A DNA stretch of 64,000 bases from Candidatus Kerfeldbacteria bacterium (GCA_047946875.1 CP181398.1:143154-207153), one strand, 5' to 3'; shown: positions 47,320 to 57,850, counted from the first letter of the stretch. Program-made: numbers and translations. The notes: generated by a model from the sequence alone, not told the origin.

Positions 47320-48204
47320 ATGTTTTATAGTTATTACTTTATCGTAAATCCAGTGGCTGGTATGGGAAAAAAGTTATCTTTTGTAAGTGAGATAACTTCT
47401 TTTTGTCAAAGGAATTATTTGAACTATAAATTGGTAATGACTCATCGACCAAAAGAAGCTATAGAACTAGCTAGAGAGGCGAGTAAAAAATATGAAGTTA
47501 TTGTAGCGGTTGGAGGAGATGGTACAGTCAATGAAGTGGTTAACGGTATAGCTGATACAGATGCAAAATTGGGGATTATACCTATTGGGTCTGGTAATGA
47601 CTTTGCTAAACAAATGGGTTTGACATATAACTTGAGTAAAGATTTAAGAATATTGATGGATGGTAAACTTAAAACAGTAGATCTAGGCAAAGTGAATGAT
47701 AGACATTACTTTATCAATGGTGTTGGTGTTGGGTTTGATGGAGAAGTAGCTTATCATGTTAGAGATTTTCTGAAATATGCAAAAGGTTTCTCTGGTTATT
47801 TACTTTCAGTATTTAGGACATTAGCTACATATAAATTTCATAAGGTTAAATTTTTTATTGATGGAGAGAAGGTAAAAGAAGAAAAAATATTATTGATAGC
47901 TACATGTAATGGGACTACCTATGGCGGAGGATTCAAAGTAGCTCCTTCAGCCAAAGTTGACGATGGTTTGTTTACCGTATGTTTTGTTAGTAAGATGGGT
48001 AAATTTTATGCGATGAGAAACATTCCGAAGATATTACAGGGGACTCATGTGTCATTACCAGAGGTTAGCATGTATACAGGTAAAAGTGTTAAAATTAAGT
48101 CAGAGAAGGAATTATTCTCACAACTTGATGGAGAGATACTACCGCCGATGAAAGAATTTAGTATGGAGATGGTTCCATCTAAAATTAAAGTAATAAGAAA
48201 ATAA
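47320..48204 (+). CDS. Diacylglycerol kinase catalytic-domain lipid kinase (YegS/DagK family)
   Basis: VAVGGDGTVNEVVNGI and the GSGNDF motif. Confidence 0.85.
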   Translation: MFYSYYFIVNPVAGMGKKLSFVSEITSFCQRNYLNYKLVMTHRPKEAIELAREASKKYEVIVAVGGDGTVNEVVNGIADTDAKLGIIPIGSGNDFAKQMGLTYNLSKDLRILMDGKLKTVDLGKVNDRHYFINGVGVGFDGEVAYHVRDFLKYAKGFSGYLLSVFRTLATYKFHKVKFFIDGEKVKEEKILLIATCNGTTYGGGFKVAPSAKVDDGLFTVCFVSKMGKFYAMRNIPKILQGTHVSLPEVSMYTGKSVKIKSEKELFSQLDGEILPPMKEFSMEMVPSKIKVIRK

Positions 48205-49199
48205 TGACTAAATTTAATATTGAAAATTTTTTTAAAAAGTCCGGCAAAGCCGGATCCGGCTCCGCTGGAAAAAAAACCTGGGGGCAATTAGTTCGCTTTA
48301 TCACTAAGCTCCAGAATATCATGAAAGCGGAAAATAAAGATAGTAAAGGTAAGCTACAAAATAAAATCAATGAAATTAAGTCTGACGAGCCATTTTTCGA
48401 ATATCCTATTGTATATATACCACCAGTTGGAGAGTTGATTTTGGTTGGTGATACGCATGGCGATTCGGAATCTATTAGAGCTATATTGAAACAAGAGAAT
48501 TTTATAGCCAAAGCAGAGGCAGGTAAAAAAGTTTATTTAGTTGTAACTGGTGATTATGCTGATCGCGGAAAAGAGGATGTACAGAATATTGAATTGCTTT
48601 TTATGTTAAAAGAAAAATATCCAAAGTTAGTTTATTTGTTACGCGGAAATCATGAAGAGGCCTCAATGGGTCAGCACTATGGATTGTTTGGGTCTTGTAT
48701 AGAAAAATTCGGTTATGAGAAAGGGCAATTAGTCTTCCAAAGGCTAAATGATTTATTTGAAAAATTACCTGTTGTGGCGGTGACTGGGAATGGGGTGGTA
48801 GCTGTTCATGGTGGCGTACCTATCAGTACTATTAACTCGTTAAAAGAATTAAATGACGAAGATAATCTTACAGATATAAGATGGAATGATCCCACAGAAG
48901 AGATTGATCATTTTGTCTATAACTATAGACGAGGAAGTAATTATCTATATGGTAAAAAAACATTTGATAGTTTTATGAAGGGAATAGGAGCTAACGTTTT
49001 ATTTCGATCACATGAATATGTTGCAAATGGTCATAAAAAATTATTCAATAATAAACTGGTTTCTATTTTTTCTAATGGAGGCGATAGTAAAGAAAGTGGA
49101 TTTGCGGATTTTATATTGCACCCAAAGTATGTAAAAGTAGATCTGAGTAAGCCAATCAAAAAATGGTCAGACAATAATATTATAGAAATTAAGTATTAG
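48204..49199 (+). CDS. PPP-family metallophosphoesterase (Ser/Thr phosphatase / ApaH-like)
   Basis: GDTHGD, GDYADRG and LRGNHE motifs. Has a Gly/Ser-rich N-terminal extension. Confidence 0.85.
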   Translation: MTKFNIENFFKKSGKAGSGSAGKKTWGQLVRFITKLQNIMKAENKDSKGKLQNKINEIKSDEPFFEYPIVYIPPVGELILVGDTHGDSESIRAILKQENFIAKAEAGKKVYLVVTGDYADRGKEDVQNIELLFMLKEKYPKLVYLLRGNHEEASMGQHYGLFGSCIEKFGYEKGQLVFQRLNDLFEKLPVVAVTGNGVVAVHGGVPISTINSLKELNDEDNLTDIRWNDPTEEIDHFVYNYRRGSNYLYGKKTFDSFMKGIGANVLFRSHEYVANGHKKLFNNKLVSIFSNGGDSKESGFADFILHPKYVKVDLSKPIKKWSDNNIIEIKY

Positions 49200-49279
49200 T
49201 AAATTGAACGTTTTATAAAGGGGTTGGCTAGATTCTGTTGTTGTGCTATAATTTCGACTATTAAAAAGTAACCTTAAAA

Positions 49280-50344
49280 ATGATGAAAATCGCTGATTTT
49301 CCAGTAGGACTTACGTTCGATGACGTTCTATTAGAACCACGCTTTTCTGATGTTGTGAGAAGTGAGGTAGATCTGAGTGCCCAGGTTACAAAAAAAATAA
49401 AGATTAAAATTCCCATTATAGCTGCCGCTATGGATACGGTCAGTGAATCAGCCATGGGGATTGTTTTAGGTAAATTGGGAGGTCTAGCAGTATTGCACAG
49501 AAACAACACGATCGATGAAGCAGTAACTATGGCCAAGAAAGTTAAAAGTAAAAGTTTAATTACTTCTGTTTCAGTTGGTCCGCATGATTTAGAAAGGGCA
49601 GTAGCATTGGATAAGGCTGGTGTAGATATTATTGTTGTAGATTGTGCTCATGCACATAACAAAAAAATCATTGCTAGTGCCAAGAAAATAAAGAAAAGTA
49701 TTAAAGCTCAATTGATGGTAGGTAATCTAGCAACAGCTGAAGCGGCAGAGCAATTCGTCGGTTTCGTTGATGCTATCAAAGTAGGTATCGGACCAGGCTC
49801 TATTTGTACAACTAGAGTTGTAGCTGGGATTGGCGTACCACAGTTATCAGCAATACTTGATGTAGTACGAGTAGCTAAGAAAAAGAATGTGCCAGTAGTA
49901 GCCGATGGAGGATTAAAATATTCTGGAGATGTAGTAAAAGCTTTAGCAGCAGGGGCATCTACGGTTATGCTTGGATCAATGTTGGCAGGTACTAAAGAAT
50001 CACCAGGAAAAGTTATTAAAATAAACGGTCAAACTGTAAAAGTATATAGAGGGATGGGAAGTCTAGGAGCAATGAAAAAAGGTCAGTCTACTGATAGGTA
50101 TTTTCAAAAAGGTAATAAAAAGTATGTCCCTGAGGGAGTAGAGGGAGTAATAAAATATAAAGGTACAGTAGAAGAAGTAATATGGAATCTTGTAGGTGGA
50201 TTAAAAAGTGGGATGGGGTATATCGGAGCGAAGAATATTGAGCAGATGAATAAAAAAGCTAAATTTATACGTATTACCAATGCAAGCCTAAAAGAATCAC
50301 ATCCACATACAATTACTATAAATAAAAAAGCACCAAATTATTAA
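49280..50344 (+). CDS. IMP dehydrogenase / GMP reductase family protein lacking CBS domains
   Basis: LTFDDVLLEP N-terminus and the catalytic loop GIGPGSICTTR. 354 aa is the GuaC-like length. Confidence 0.8.
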   Translation: MMKIADFPVGLTFDDVLLEPRFSDVVRSEVDLSAQVTKKIKIKIPIIAAAMDTVSESAMGIVLGKLGGLAVLHRNNTIDEAVTMAKKVKSKSLITSVSVGPHDLERAVALDKAGVDIIVVDCAHAHNKKIIASAKKIKKSIKAQLMVGNLATAEAAEQFVGFVDAIKVGIGPGSICTTRVVAGIGVPQLSAILDVVRVAKKKNVPVVADGGLKYSGDVVKALAAGASTVMLGSMLAGTKESPGKVIKINGQTVKVYRGMGSLGAMKKGQSTDRYFQKGNKKYVPEGVEGVIKYKGTVEEVIWNLVGGLKSGMGYIGAKNIEQMNKKAKFIRITNASLKESHPHTITINKKAPNY

Positions 50345-50352
50345 ATAAATAT

Positions 50353-51342
50353 ATGCCAAGAGAACATAATACACATAGAGCAGAATTACACGCCCATTTA
50401 GGGTCGTCTGTAGCACCATCTATTCTTTGGTCTATTGCACACCAACATGGTATCAAACTACCTAGTAAGGATTATTGGCATTTTGAAGATATGATTACGA
50501 TGACTGGTAACGAGAGAAATAAATCTCTGGATGATATGCATAATAATTTGTTTTACTGGACTGAGTTGATACAGTCGTCGCCTAATGCAATTGAAGATTC
50601 GGTACGTAGTGTTATCGGTGGAGGATATAGGAAATGTAATTTAACTATTCAAGAACTTAGGTTTAATCCAATGTTTAGAAATAGAGGTGGTGAGAAAGAT
50701 CTTGATCATATTATAGTATCTTCTTTGTGGGGATTAGACAGAGCAATGTTAGAATTCCCACAAGTACGAGCTGGAATTATACTAATGATGGATAGAACAC
50801 TTACTTATGAACAAAACTCTATAATTGTAAAAAAAGCTGTTAGATATAAAGATAGTGGAATTATTGGGATTGATTTGGCTGGTCCTCAGAGAAAATCTTT
50901 TTCAATAAAAAAACACGCTCAATTATTTAGGCAAGCTAAAGCTGCGGGTATGGGAACTACTATTCATACAGGTGAACAGGGAAGTTTGTCAGAGATGAGG
51001 TATGTGGTTAACGAAATCAAGCCTGACAGAATAGGTCATGGCCTACTTTGTGTTAAGGATAAAAAAATAATGGATAGTATTGTAAAACAAGATATAGTTT
51101 TGGAGTCATGTCCTACCTCAAATATTAAAAATAGTGTTGTTAAGAATGCGGCTGAATTAAAAAAGATTTTTCATGCTTATCTAAAAAATAAAGTTAAGTT
51201 TACAATCAATACTGATGGACCAGAGATGTATGATTCAAATATTTGTCAGGAGCAGGATTTCCTAGTGAAGAAAAAAATACTTACACCTGCTGACGTAAGA
51301 CAATGTAATAAGTGGGCTTTCGAAAGTACTTTTATCCAATAA
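50353..51342 (+). CDS. add: Adenosine/adenine deaminase family protein
   Basis: ELHAHLGSS metal-binding motif and the C-terminal INTDGPE (xNTDDP-like). Confidence 0.75.
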   Translation: MPREHNTHRAELHAHLGSSVAPSILWSIAHQHGIKLPSKDYWHFEDMITMTGNERNKSLDDMHNNLFYWTELIQSSPNAIEDSVRSVIGGGYRKCNLTIQELRFNPMFRNRGGEKDLDHIIVSSLWGLDRAMLEFPQVRAGIILMMDRTLTYEQNSIIVKKAVRYKDSGIIGIDLAGPQRKSFSIKKHAQLFRQAKAAGMGTTIHTGEQGSLSEMRYVVNEIKPDRIGHGLLCVKDKKIMDSIVKQDIVLESCPTSNIKNSVVKNAAELKKIFHAYLKNKVKFTINTDGPEMYDSNICQEQDFLVKKKILTPADVRQCNKWAFESTFIQ

Positions 51343-51354
51343 CAATATATTAAT

Positions 51355-52884
51355 ATGAGGGATGTAATTTTTGTTCTTGATTTTGGTTCTCAATATTCAC
51401 ATTTGATAGTTAGACGAATTCGTGAGATGGGTATTTTTGCTGAATTAATGCCCTATAATACGAAGCTTGAAGTTCTAAAAAAAGCAAAAGGAATAGTATT
51501 GTCTGGTGGTCCTCAAAATATTTCTGGTAATTCAGCATTAAAAGTAGATAGAGGCATCTTTAATTTGAATGTTCCAATTTTGGGTATTTGTTTTGGATTG
51601 CAATTGATATCACATCAGCTTGGAGGCAAGATAGAAAGATCTAGTAAGAAAGAATATGGACCTACGGTAATAAATATTACAACATCAGGGAAATTATTTG
51701 CTGGTATATCAAAAAAACAAATGACTTGGATGTCTCATGGCGATAAGGTTAGTAAATTACCGGCTGGGTTTAGGGCTTTAGCCAGTTCAGATAATTGTAA
51801 ATATGTAGCTATCTCAAATGAAAAGAAAAACATATTTGGTTTGCAGTTTCATCCAGAGGTTTCTCATACTAAAAATGGTAAAAAAATACTAGGTAATTTT
51901 ATAAAATTAACTAAGGCAAAAAAAACTTGGTCAATGAAAGATTTTATTGATAATAAAATAACAGAGATTAAAGACCAGATTGGAAAAGATAAGGTTGTTT
52001 GCGCCTTGTCAGGCGGAGTTGATTCATCAGTGGCATCTACTTTAGTAAATAAAGCGATCGGTAAACAGTTGTATTGTATATATGTAGATACAGGTATGAT
52101 GAGACAAAGGGAGACAGAACAAATTATAAAGACGTTTAGATCTTACCAAAAAATTAATCTTAAAGTGATCAAGGCTGAGAAGTTATTCCTAAGTAAGTTA
52201 AAAGGTATAATTGACCCAGAAAAGAAAAGAAAAATTATTGGAGAAATATTTATTCGTATTTTTGAAAAAGAAGCTAAAAAGATAGGTAAAGTAAAATGGT
52301 TGGTGCAAGGGACTTTATATACAGATGCTATTACTTCTGGAGTTAGTGTAGGTAAAAAAGCGGCCGTGATTAAATCTCATCATAATGTCGGAGGATTGCC
52401 GAAGAAATTTGGATTTACTTTGATAGAACCTTTTCGTTGGTTATATAAAGACGAGGTAAGAGAAGTTGGTAAATTATTGGGTTTACCTGATTCTGTAGTT
52501 CATAGACAACCATTCCCTGGTCCAGGTTTAGCTGTCAGAATAATAGGAGATATTACCAAAGAGAAATTGGAAATTTTAAGAAAAGCAGATTGGATAGCAA
52601 GGGAGGAAATAGAGGCAAGTGGCTGGCACAAGAGGTCACAACAGTATTTTGCAGTATTACCAACTATTAAGTCGGTTGGAGTTCAGGGTGATGCCAGGAC
52701 TTATGGTTATCCCATTATAATTCGCGCTGTTTCAACTATAGATTTTATGACAGTAGATTGGACACCATTCCCACATTCATTATTAAAAAAAATATCAGTC
52801 AGGATTACAAACGAAGTTAAAGAAGTAAATAGAGTGTTGTATGATATCACTTCTAAACCCCCAGGTACTGTTGAATGGGAATAG
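51355..52884 (+). CDS. guaA: GMP synthase (glutamine-hydrolysing)
   Basis: GATase (GICFGLQ), PP-loop SGGVDSSV, and the C-terminal dimerisation domain ending in PPGTVEWE. Confidence 0.95.
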   Translation: MRDVIFVLDFGSQYSHLIVRRIREMGIFAELMPYNTKLEVLKKAKGIVLSGGPQNISGNSALKVDRGIFNLNVPILGICFGLQLISHQLGGKIERSSKKEYGPTVINITTSGKLFAGISKKQMTWMSHGDKVSKLPAGFRALASSDNCKYVAISNEKKNIFGLQFHPEVSHTKNGKKILGNFIKLTKAKKTWSMKDFIDNKITEIKDQIGKDKVVCALSGGVDSSVASTLVNKAIGKQLYCIYVDTGMMRQRETEQIIKTFRSYQKINLKVIKAEKLFLSKLKGIIDPEKKRKIIGEIFIRIFEKEAKKIGKVKWLVQGTLYTDAITSGVSVGKKAAVIKSHHNVGGLPKKFGFTLIEPFRWLYKDEVREVGKLLGLPDSVVHRQPFPGPGLAVRIIGDITKEKLEILRKADWIAREEIEASGWHKRSQQYFAVLPTIKSVGVQGDARTYGYPIIIRAVSTIDFMTVDWTPFPHSLLKKISVRITNEVKEVNRVLYDITSKPPGTVEWE

Positions 52885-52952
52885 CATATTAGTTGACTTT
52901 GCATTATTGATAATGTTAGGCTATATTAAGATAATAATTAATATATAAAAAT

Positions 52953-53306
52953 ATGCCAGGTGAATTAAGAGAAATAAGAGAAAGTGTAGAAAAGGCTGAA
53001 AAGCCTAAGAAAGAAATTGAAATGATGGCAGATTCCGCAAAAAATGATTTGTGGGTAGAAGTAAGCCAAGGAGAAGTAAGTTCTGCTTCGATATTGGATG
53101 GGAAGGATGGATTCACTGATGAGAGCAGAGAAGTAATGAATGCACAGATTATGCAAATCAGAGAATTGTTTAACCAAGCTGTAGAAAAACTCGGTGATGG
53201 TGAAGGAGAATCGGAAGATGTTGGTGACGGTCTATTAAAAGGATTAGAAAGAGGTTATGTAGAAATGCTAGAAAAAAAGATATCTGATTTAGAATTAGTA
53301 CTATAA
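52953..53306 (+). CDS. Hypothetical acidic protein
   Basis: 117-aa Glu-rich ORF. Confidence 0.5.
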   Translation: MPGELREIRESVEKAEKPKKEIEMMADSAKNDLWVEVSQGEVSSASILDGKDGFTDESREVMNAQIMQIRELFNQAVEKLGDGEGESEDVGDGLLKGLERGYVEMLEKKISDLELVL

Positions 53307-53324
53307 ATACATGTTAATAAAAAA

Positions 53325-53348
53325 GGCGGTTATATTACCGTCTTTTTT
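53325..53348 (+). terminator. Intrinsic terminator
   Basis: GGCGGT-tatatt-ACCGTC hairpin followed by T6. Confidence 0.6.
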
Positions 53349-53518
53349 GATTGACTTAAAATATAATATTTGGTAAAGTTTGTTTGGACAATAATCTAAT
53401 AAACATAAAAAGAGCAAATTAAAAATTATGTAAACCTTGACTTAGGAGGCAAGGATTTTTTTGCATGAAAATATATTTGTTGAAAATAAGAAATTTAAAC
53501 TCTAAATAGAGGTACTAA

Positions 53519-54826
53519 GTGGTGGAAAATAGAAACAATGCTGTATTAGGTTGCCAATGGGGCGATGAAGGTAAAGGCAAAGTTGTTGATCTTCTTTGTG
53601 ATGACGCTGATATAGTTGCTCGATTCCAAGGCGGTAACAATGCAGGACATACCATCGTGTTTGAAGGGAAAAAATATGTTCTTCATCTTGTCCCATCCGG
53701 GATATTCCGTCCAAATACTATTTGCGTAATAGGAAATGGTCCGGTGCTCGATCCATTCGCGTTTGTAGAAGAACTTGATAATTTGAAAAAATGGGAAGTA
53801 GATTATGAAGGCCGGATATTCATATCTGGAGCTACGAATCTAATCTTACCATATCATAAGATTATTGATGGTCTTCGTGAAAAGAGTCGTGGCGCTGGTT
53901 CTATCGGTACCACTAAACGAGGTATCGGTCCAGCATATGGCGATAAGACATTCCGTAGTCCAGTTATAAGTATAGCTGATCTAGTTGATTCACGAGATGG
54001 TTACAGCCGTCTTAAGGATTTGTTGGAAGTTAACCGCCTAGCTAAGGCACATTTACTTGATGGCCTTCCTGAAGAAGATCAGATTGACTGGGATGAGTTA
54101 TTCAAATCCTTAGTGGCTATGGCAGATATATTCCGTCCAATGATGGCGGATATTTCATTGCTTATAACCGAAGCTTACAAAGCTGGCAAGAAGATTGTCT
54201 TCGAAGGTGCTCAAGGAGCAATGTTGGATGTAGATCTTGGTACAAGGCCTTATGTAACTTCATCGCATGTTATTACAGGCGGTATTTGTACTGGATTGGG
54301 TATTGGTCCCAGGTTGATCGGTGCAGTAACTGGAATAATTAAAGCATACACTACTCGTGTAGGTGCAGGACCTTTCCCAACAGAACTTTTCGATGAGACA
54401 GGTGCCTATCTTTATAAAAAAGGTGAAGAAATTGGAGCTTCTACTGGACGAGACAGACGTTGTGGTTGGTTGGATTTAGTTTTATTGAAGCATACTTGTC
54501 GGATCAACGGTGTTGATGATTTTGCTCTTACCAAGATAGATGTGCTGGACGGCCTTGAAGAAATTAAGGTCTGTGTGGCTTATATGCTTGATGGTATAAA
54601 AATCACTGAAATGCCAGTTGATATGGGTAGACTTGGTGACTGTATACCAGTCTATGAGACTATCCCTGGTTGGGAAGGTGAGACAAGAGGAGTTACTTCT
54701 TATGAAGATCTTCCTGAAGGAGCAAAAAGTTATATCAAATACATTATTGATGCGCTTGGTATAAATCCGTCTCTCATTTCCACAGGTCCTGATCGGGAAG
54801 AAACTATTATTCTCGAAAATCACTAA
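53519..54826 (+). CDS. purA: Adenylosuccinate synthetase
   Basis: GCQWGDEGKGKVVD P-loop, GGNNAGHT, TTKRGIGPAY. A GTG start is inferred. Confidence 0.95.
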   Translation: MVENRNNAVLGCQWGDEGKGKVVDLLCDDADIVARFQGGNNAGHTIVFEGKKYVLHLVPSGIFRPNTICVIGNGPVLDPFAFVEELDNLKKWEVDYEGRIFISGATNLILPYHKIIDGLREKSRGAGSIGTTKRGIGPAYGDKTFRSPVISIADLVDSRDGYSRLKDLLEVNRLAKAHLLDGLPEEDQIDWDELFKSLVAMADIFRPMMADISLLITEAYKAGKKIVFEGAQGAMLDVDLGTRPYVTSSHVITGGICTGLGIGPRLIGAVTGIIKAYTTRVGAGPFPTELFDETGAYLYKKGEEIGASTGRDRRCGWLDLVLLKHTCRINGVDDFALTKIDVLDGLEEIKVCVAYMLDGIKITEMPVDMGRLGDCIPVYETIPGWEGETRGVTSYEDLPEGAKSYIKYIIDALGINPSLISTGPDREETIILENH

Positions 54827-54843
54827 GTAATATTTATTACAAA

Positions 54844-54871
54844 CCTCGGTTGTTACAATCGGGGTTTTTTA
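54844..54871 (+). terminator. Intrinsic terminator after purA
   Basis: CGGTTGT/ACAATCG stem followed by GGGG and T6. Confidence 0.6.
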
Positions 54872-54946
54872 TTATTTTAATTTTGTTTTGATCACTTCTC
54901 GTTACTCGCCTTGCCTGTCGGTAGGAAGGAATGATAGCAAAAAAAT

Positions 54947-55026
54947 ATTGTCATCCTGAACAAAGTGAAGGATCTAATTATAACAAATCAAGGTTAAAGA
55001 TTCTTCGCTACACTCAGAATGACAAG
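54947..55026. repeat. GC-rich nested-hairpin intergenic repeat, TTGTCAT-box family, copy D
   Basis: TTGTCATcctgaacaaagtgaaggatc...ctcagaATGACAAg, located between the convergent purA and GIY-YIG genes. Confidence 0.55.
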
Positions 55027-55028
55027 TT

Positions 55029-55322
55029 TTACCACCATTGAGCTAAATCAGTCCAGTCTGAATTAATACTATCAATTAATCTAATTTTCTTTATTCTTAA
55101 CCACCCTTTCAACTGCTTTTCCCTCATAATAGCGTCTTCTATATATTGATGCTCTTCATAATAAACTAATTTATTAAGATTATATTTAAATGTAAACCCT
55201 TTTTGTAGCTTATTCTTATGCTCAAATACTCTCCACTGTAAATTAGAAGTAACTCCAATATACAGAATTTTATTAGACCAATTTGTCATTATATATACAT
55301 AATATTGTCTATTCATACACAA
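55029..55322 (-). CDS. GIY-YIG nuclease-domain protein
   Basis: YYVYIMTN...ILYIGVTSNLQWRVFEHK...GW matches the GIY-YIG motif. Confidence 0.85.
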   Translation of the reverse strand: MCMNRQYYVYIMTNWSNKILYIGVTSNLQWRVFEHKNKLQKGFTFKYNLNKLVYYEEHQYIEDAIMREKQLKGWLRIKKIRLIDSINSDWTDLAQWW

Positions 55323-55472
55323 AATCCCTAATAGTTATTAGGGAAGTTATTTTTATTTTATCTAATTTAAATGAGTTTGTATAGAGGGTTGACAAATTGT
55401 ATTAATGTGATATAGTGAATCGTTAAATAAAAAATAAACAAAGTAAATCACATTAAAAAGGAGGTAACGAAA

Positions 55473-55832
55473 ATGTCGTTACCATTACCATTAACCGTCG
55501 TAGTTGTATTGTCGGATAGACATAGCCAACCCTATCCTGATAACTTTCAACGTAAGTTTGCAACTATGGTAGCTGCAAAATTTTCGGAAATCTTCGATAG
55601 AAATATTGGGGATGTATTGATAACTTTCACTCCGGAATTGACACCTACAGTGACTGTGGAGAGTGGAATATTTGTCTATTTTCCGGGTGGCAATGAGTCA
55701 ATTTATCGTTCAGTGGAGCGTGTAATTGGAGAGGCTCGTGATAAGCACTTATTACCGGTTGTGAAGATGTATTTGATCCCACTTGATCCGGATAAGACCT
55801 GGGTCGGTGGACAGCTCGTAAGTACTGAGTAG
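55473..55832 (+). CDS. Hypothetical protein (GC-richer)
   Basis: 119 aa. TTGACA -35-like box and AAGGAGG RBS upstream. A hairpin plus T-run follows the stop. Confidence 0.55.
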   Translation: MSLPLPLTVVVVLSDRHSQPYPDNFQRKFATMVAAKFSEIFDRNIGDVLITFTPELTPTVTVESGIFVYFPGGNESIYRSVERVIGEARDKHLLPVVKMYLIPLDPDKTWVGGQLVSTE

Positions 55833-55953
55833 TCATTTTGTACAAATATCGCCCTGTCTTGTTATGAGATGGGGTTTTTTTATTGACTAATATAATAAAA
55901 AAGCCTCAGGGATAAACCAAAGGCTTCTAAAAGATCAACAGGTGGAATCTAAA

Positions 55954-56232
55954 CTATTTCAATTTCTTTCCACAACCAGTACAAAAGGTTCCTACCTGAT
56001 TTTCCTCGCCGCAATCCGGGCAAGGATTACCAGTTTTCTTGGGTTGTAAGGCCCCAACGATAGATGTATCACTACATTGTGTGCCACAATCTGGACAATA
56101 TTTTCCATTCATTGCTGGTAGAGGCATCCGACGACCACAAGAAGTACACTTATGGTTAGGATTCACCATATGATTACCATCAGCAGAAAGTCCAATAGCC
56201 ATCTTAGTTTTGTTATTTCTTCCCATAGTCAT
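55954..56232 (-). CDS. Double zinc-ribbon protein (about 92 aa)
   Basis: Start MTMGRNNK at 56232, with GGAGG 8 nt upstream on the minus strand. CTSCG...CPDCG...CPDCG...CTGCG, i.e. four CxxC pairs. Confidence 0.6.
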   Translation of the reverse strand: MTMGRNNKTKMAIGLSADGNHMVNPNHKCTSCGRRMPLPAMNGKYCPDCGTQCSDTSIVGALQPKKTGNPCPDCGEENQVGTFCTGCGKKLK

Positions 56233-56445
56233 TTTAATTCCTCCGAGTAGGTAGATGTGAAGTCTTACTGATTTAATAATAATTGACAATAAAATCTATC
56301 ATATGTATTAACATTTGTCAATACATAATAAAAACCCTGATTATTTAGTAGTTAGGGTATTTTTATTGACCAATATAATGCAAAATGATAAGGTAATTTA
56401 ATCACAAAAAATAGAACTTTAATAACAGAAAAAAAGGAGAGAGTA

Positions 56446-57789
56446 GTGATTATACGCTATACACCAGAACTCATTGGTTCAATATTCACAGATCAAGCTA
56501 AATTTCAAAGCTGGCTTGATGTAGAATTAGCCTTTGTCAAAATACGATGTGAACGAGGAGATTATCCTGAAGATATTTACCCAAGGATGGTAGTCCAGGC
56601 TAAGTTTGATGTTAACGAGATTATTGAGCTTGATAAAAAAATCGAGCATGATATGTTAGCATTTATTGAAAACGTACGCTCATATATGGATGAAGACCTT
56701 CGTAAATATTTCCACAAAGGACTAACTTCTTATGATATAGAAGTACCAGCTCAGTCAATAGTTCTTCAGCGTGCTGAAGAAATTATATTAACTGATCTTA
56801 ATTCTCTGGTCATGGCCGTTAGGATGCAGGCTTCAAGGCATATGTGGACTTACCGGATGGGTATGTCTCATGGGAAAGATGGAAAACCAAGTACATTTGG
56901 TTGGTTGTTAAACTCAACCGCTTTAACTGGTTTTGAACTTGGTCAAAAAAATCTTCAAGAATGTTTTAAACAAACAAGGTTGGCAAAATGTTCAGGAGCA
57001 ATGGGTAACTATATGACTATTACTCCGGAGCTTGAAGAGGCTGTTCTTTCAGAACTAGGTCTTATTCCTAGAGCCTCTACGCAGATTAATATGCGTGACG
57101 TCTTGGCAAATCTTCTCTCTCAAATCGCTACTATCGGTGGTGTGATGGAGAAGTTAGCAATCGATCTAAGATTGATGGCCACTAGTCGTTTTGAAGAAGT
57201 TTGTGAACCTCGTCGTAAAGAACAAAAAGGTTCTTCGGCTATGCCACATAAGAAGAATCCAATTATTCTTGAGCGGGTGACCGGAATGTCTTCTCTACTT
57301 CGTTGCTACGATCAAGCAATGAAAGAAAATATCAAAACTTGGTTAGAGCGAGATATTGCTCAGTCCAGTGTTGAACGCATTGCGATGGTTGACTCATTAG
57401 TATTGTTTGATTACATGCTTCAGAAAATGACTTGGATTATGAATAATCTGGTCGTGGATCGTGAAAACATGATCAGAAATATTGATGCATCATATGGTAT
57501 CTGGGCTTCGGAAGATGTTAAACTAATGCTTTGCGATATGGATTTTGATACGGATGAAGTATATATATTCGTTCAGCAATGTGCTTTTACTGCCCTTGAA
57601 GATCGCGTGTCTTTTAAAACTGTTTTGCAGACTACAGTATTTCCGCCGGCAAACAAACAGTTCATTGACGTTGTTGATCTCAAAAAGCTTGATGAATGTT
57701 TTGATTATGTATCAAAGCTTGTAAATCTGAAAAAGATGTATGAAAGATCCAATTTAGATTTTGAAATTGCTCTTGAACCAAACTGTTAA
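56446..57789 (+). CDS. purB: Adenylosuccinate lyase
   Basis: Fumarate-lyase signature GSSAMPHKKNP. 447 aa. Confidence 0.93.
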   Translation: MIIRYTPELIGSIFTDQAKFQSWLDVELAFVKIRCERGDYPEDIYPRMVVQAKFDVNEIIELDKKIEHDMLAFIENVRSYMDEDLRKYFHKGLTSYDIEVPAQSIVLQRAEEIILTDLNSLVMAVRMQASRHMWTYRMGMSHGKDGKPSTFGWLLNSTALTGFELGQKNLQECFKQTRLAKCSGAMGNYMTITPELEEAVLSELGLIPRASTQINMRDVLANLLSQIATIGGVMEKLAIDLRLMATSRFEEVCEPRRKEQKGSSAMPHKKNPIILERVTGMSSLLRCYDQAMKENIKTWLERDIAQSSVERIAMVDSLVLFDYMLQKMTWIMNNLVVDRENMIRNIDASYGIWASEDVKLMLCDMDFDTDEVYIFVQQCAFTALEDRVSFKTVLQTTVFPPANKQFIDVVDLKKLDECFDYVSKLVNLKKMYERSNLDFEIALEPNC

Positions 57790-57850
57790 ATACAAAAAAA
57801 TAACCGCCAGAGTTTAAACTTCGGCGGTTTTATTTTGCGTAAGAAAGAAA

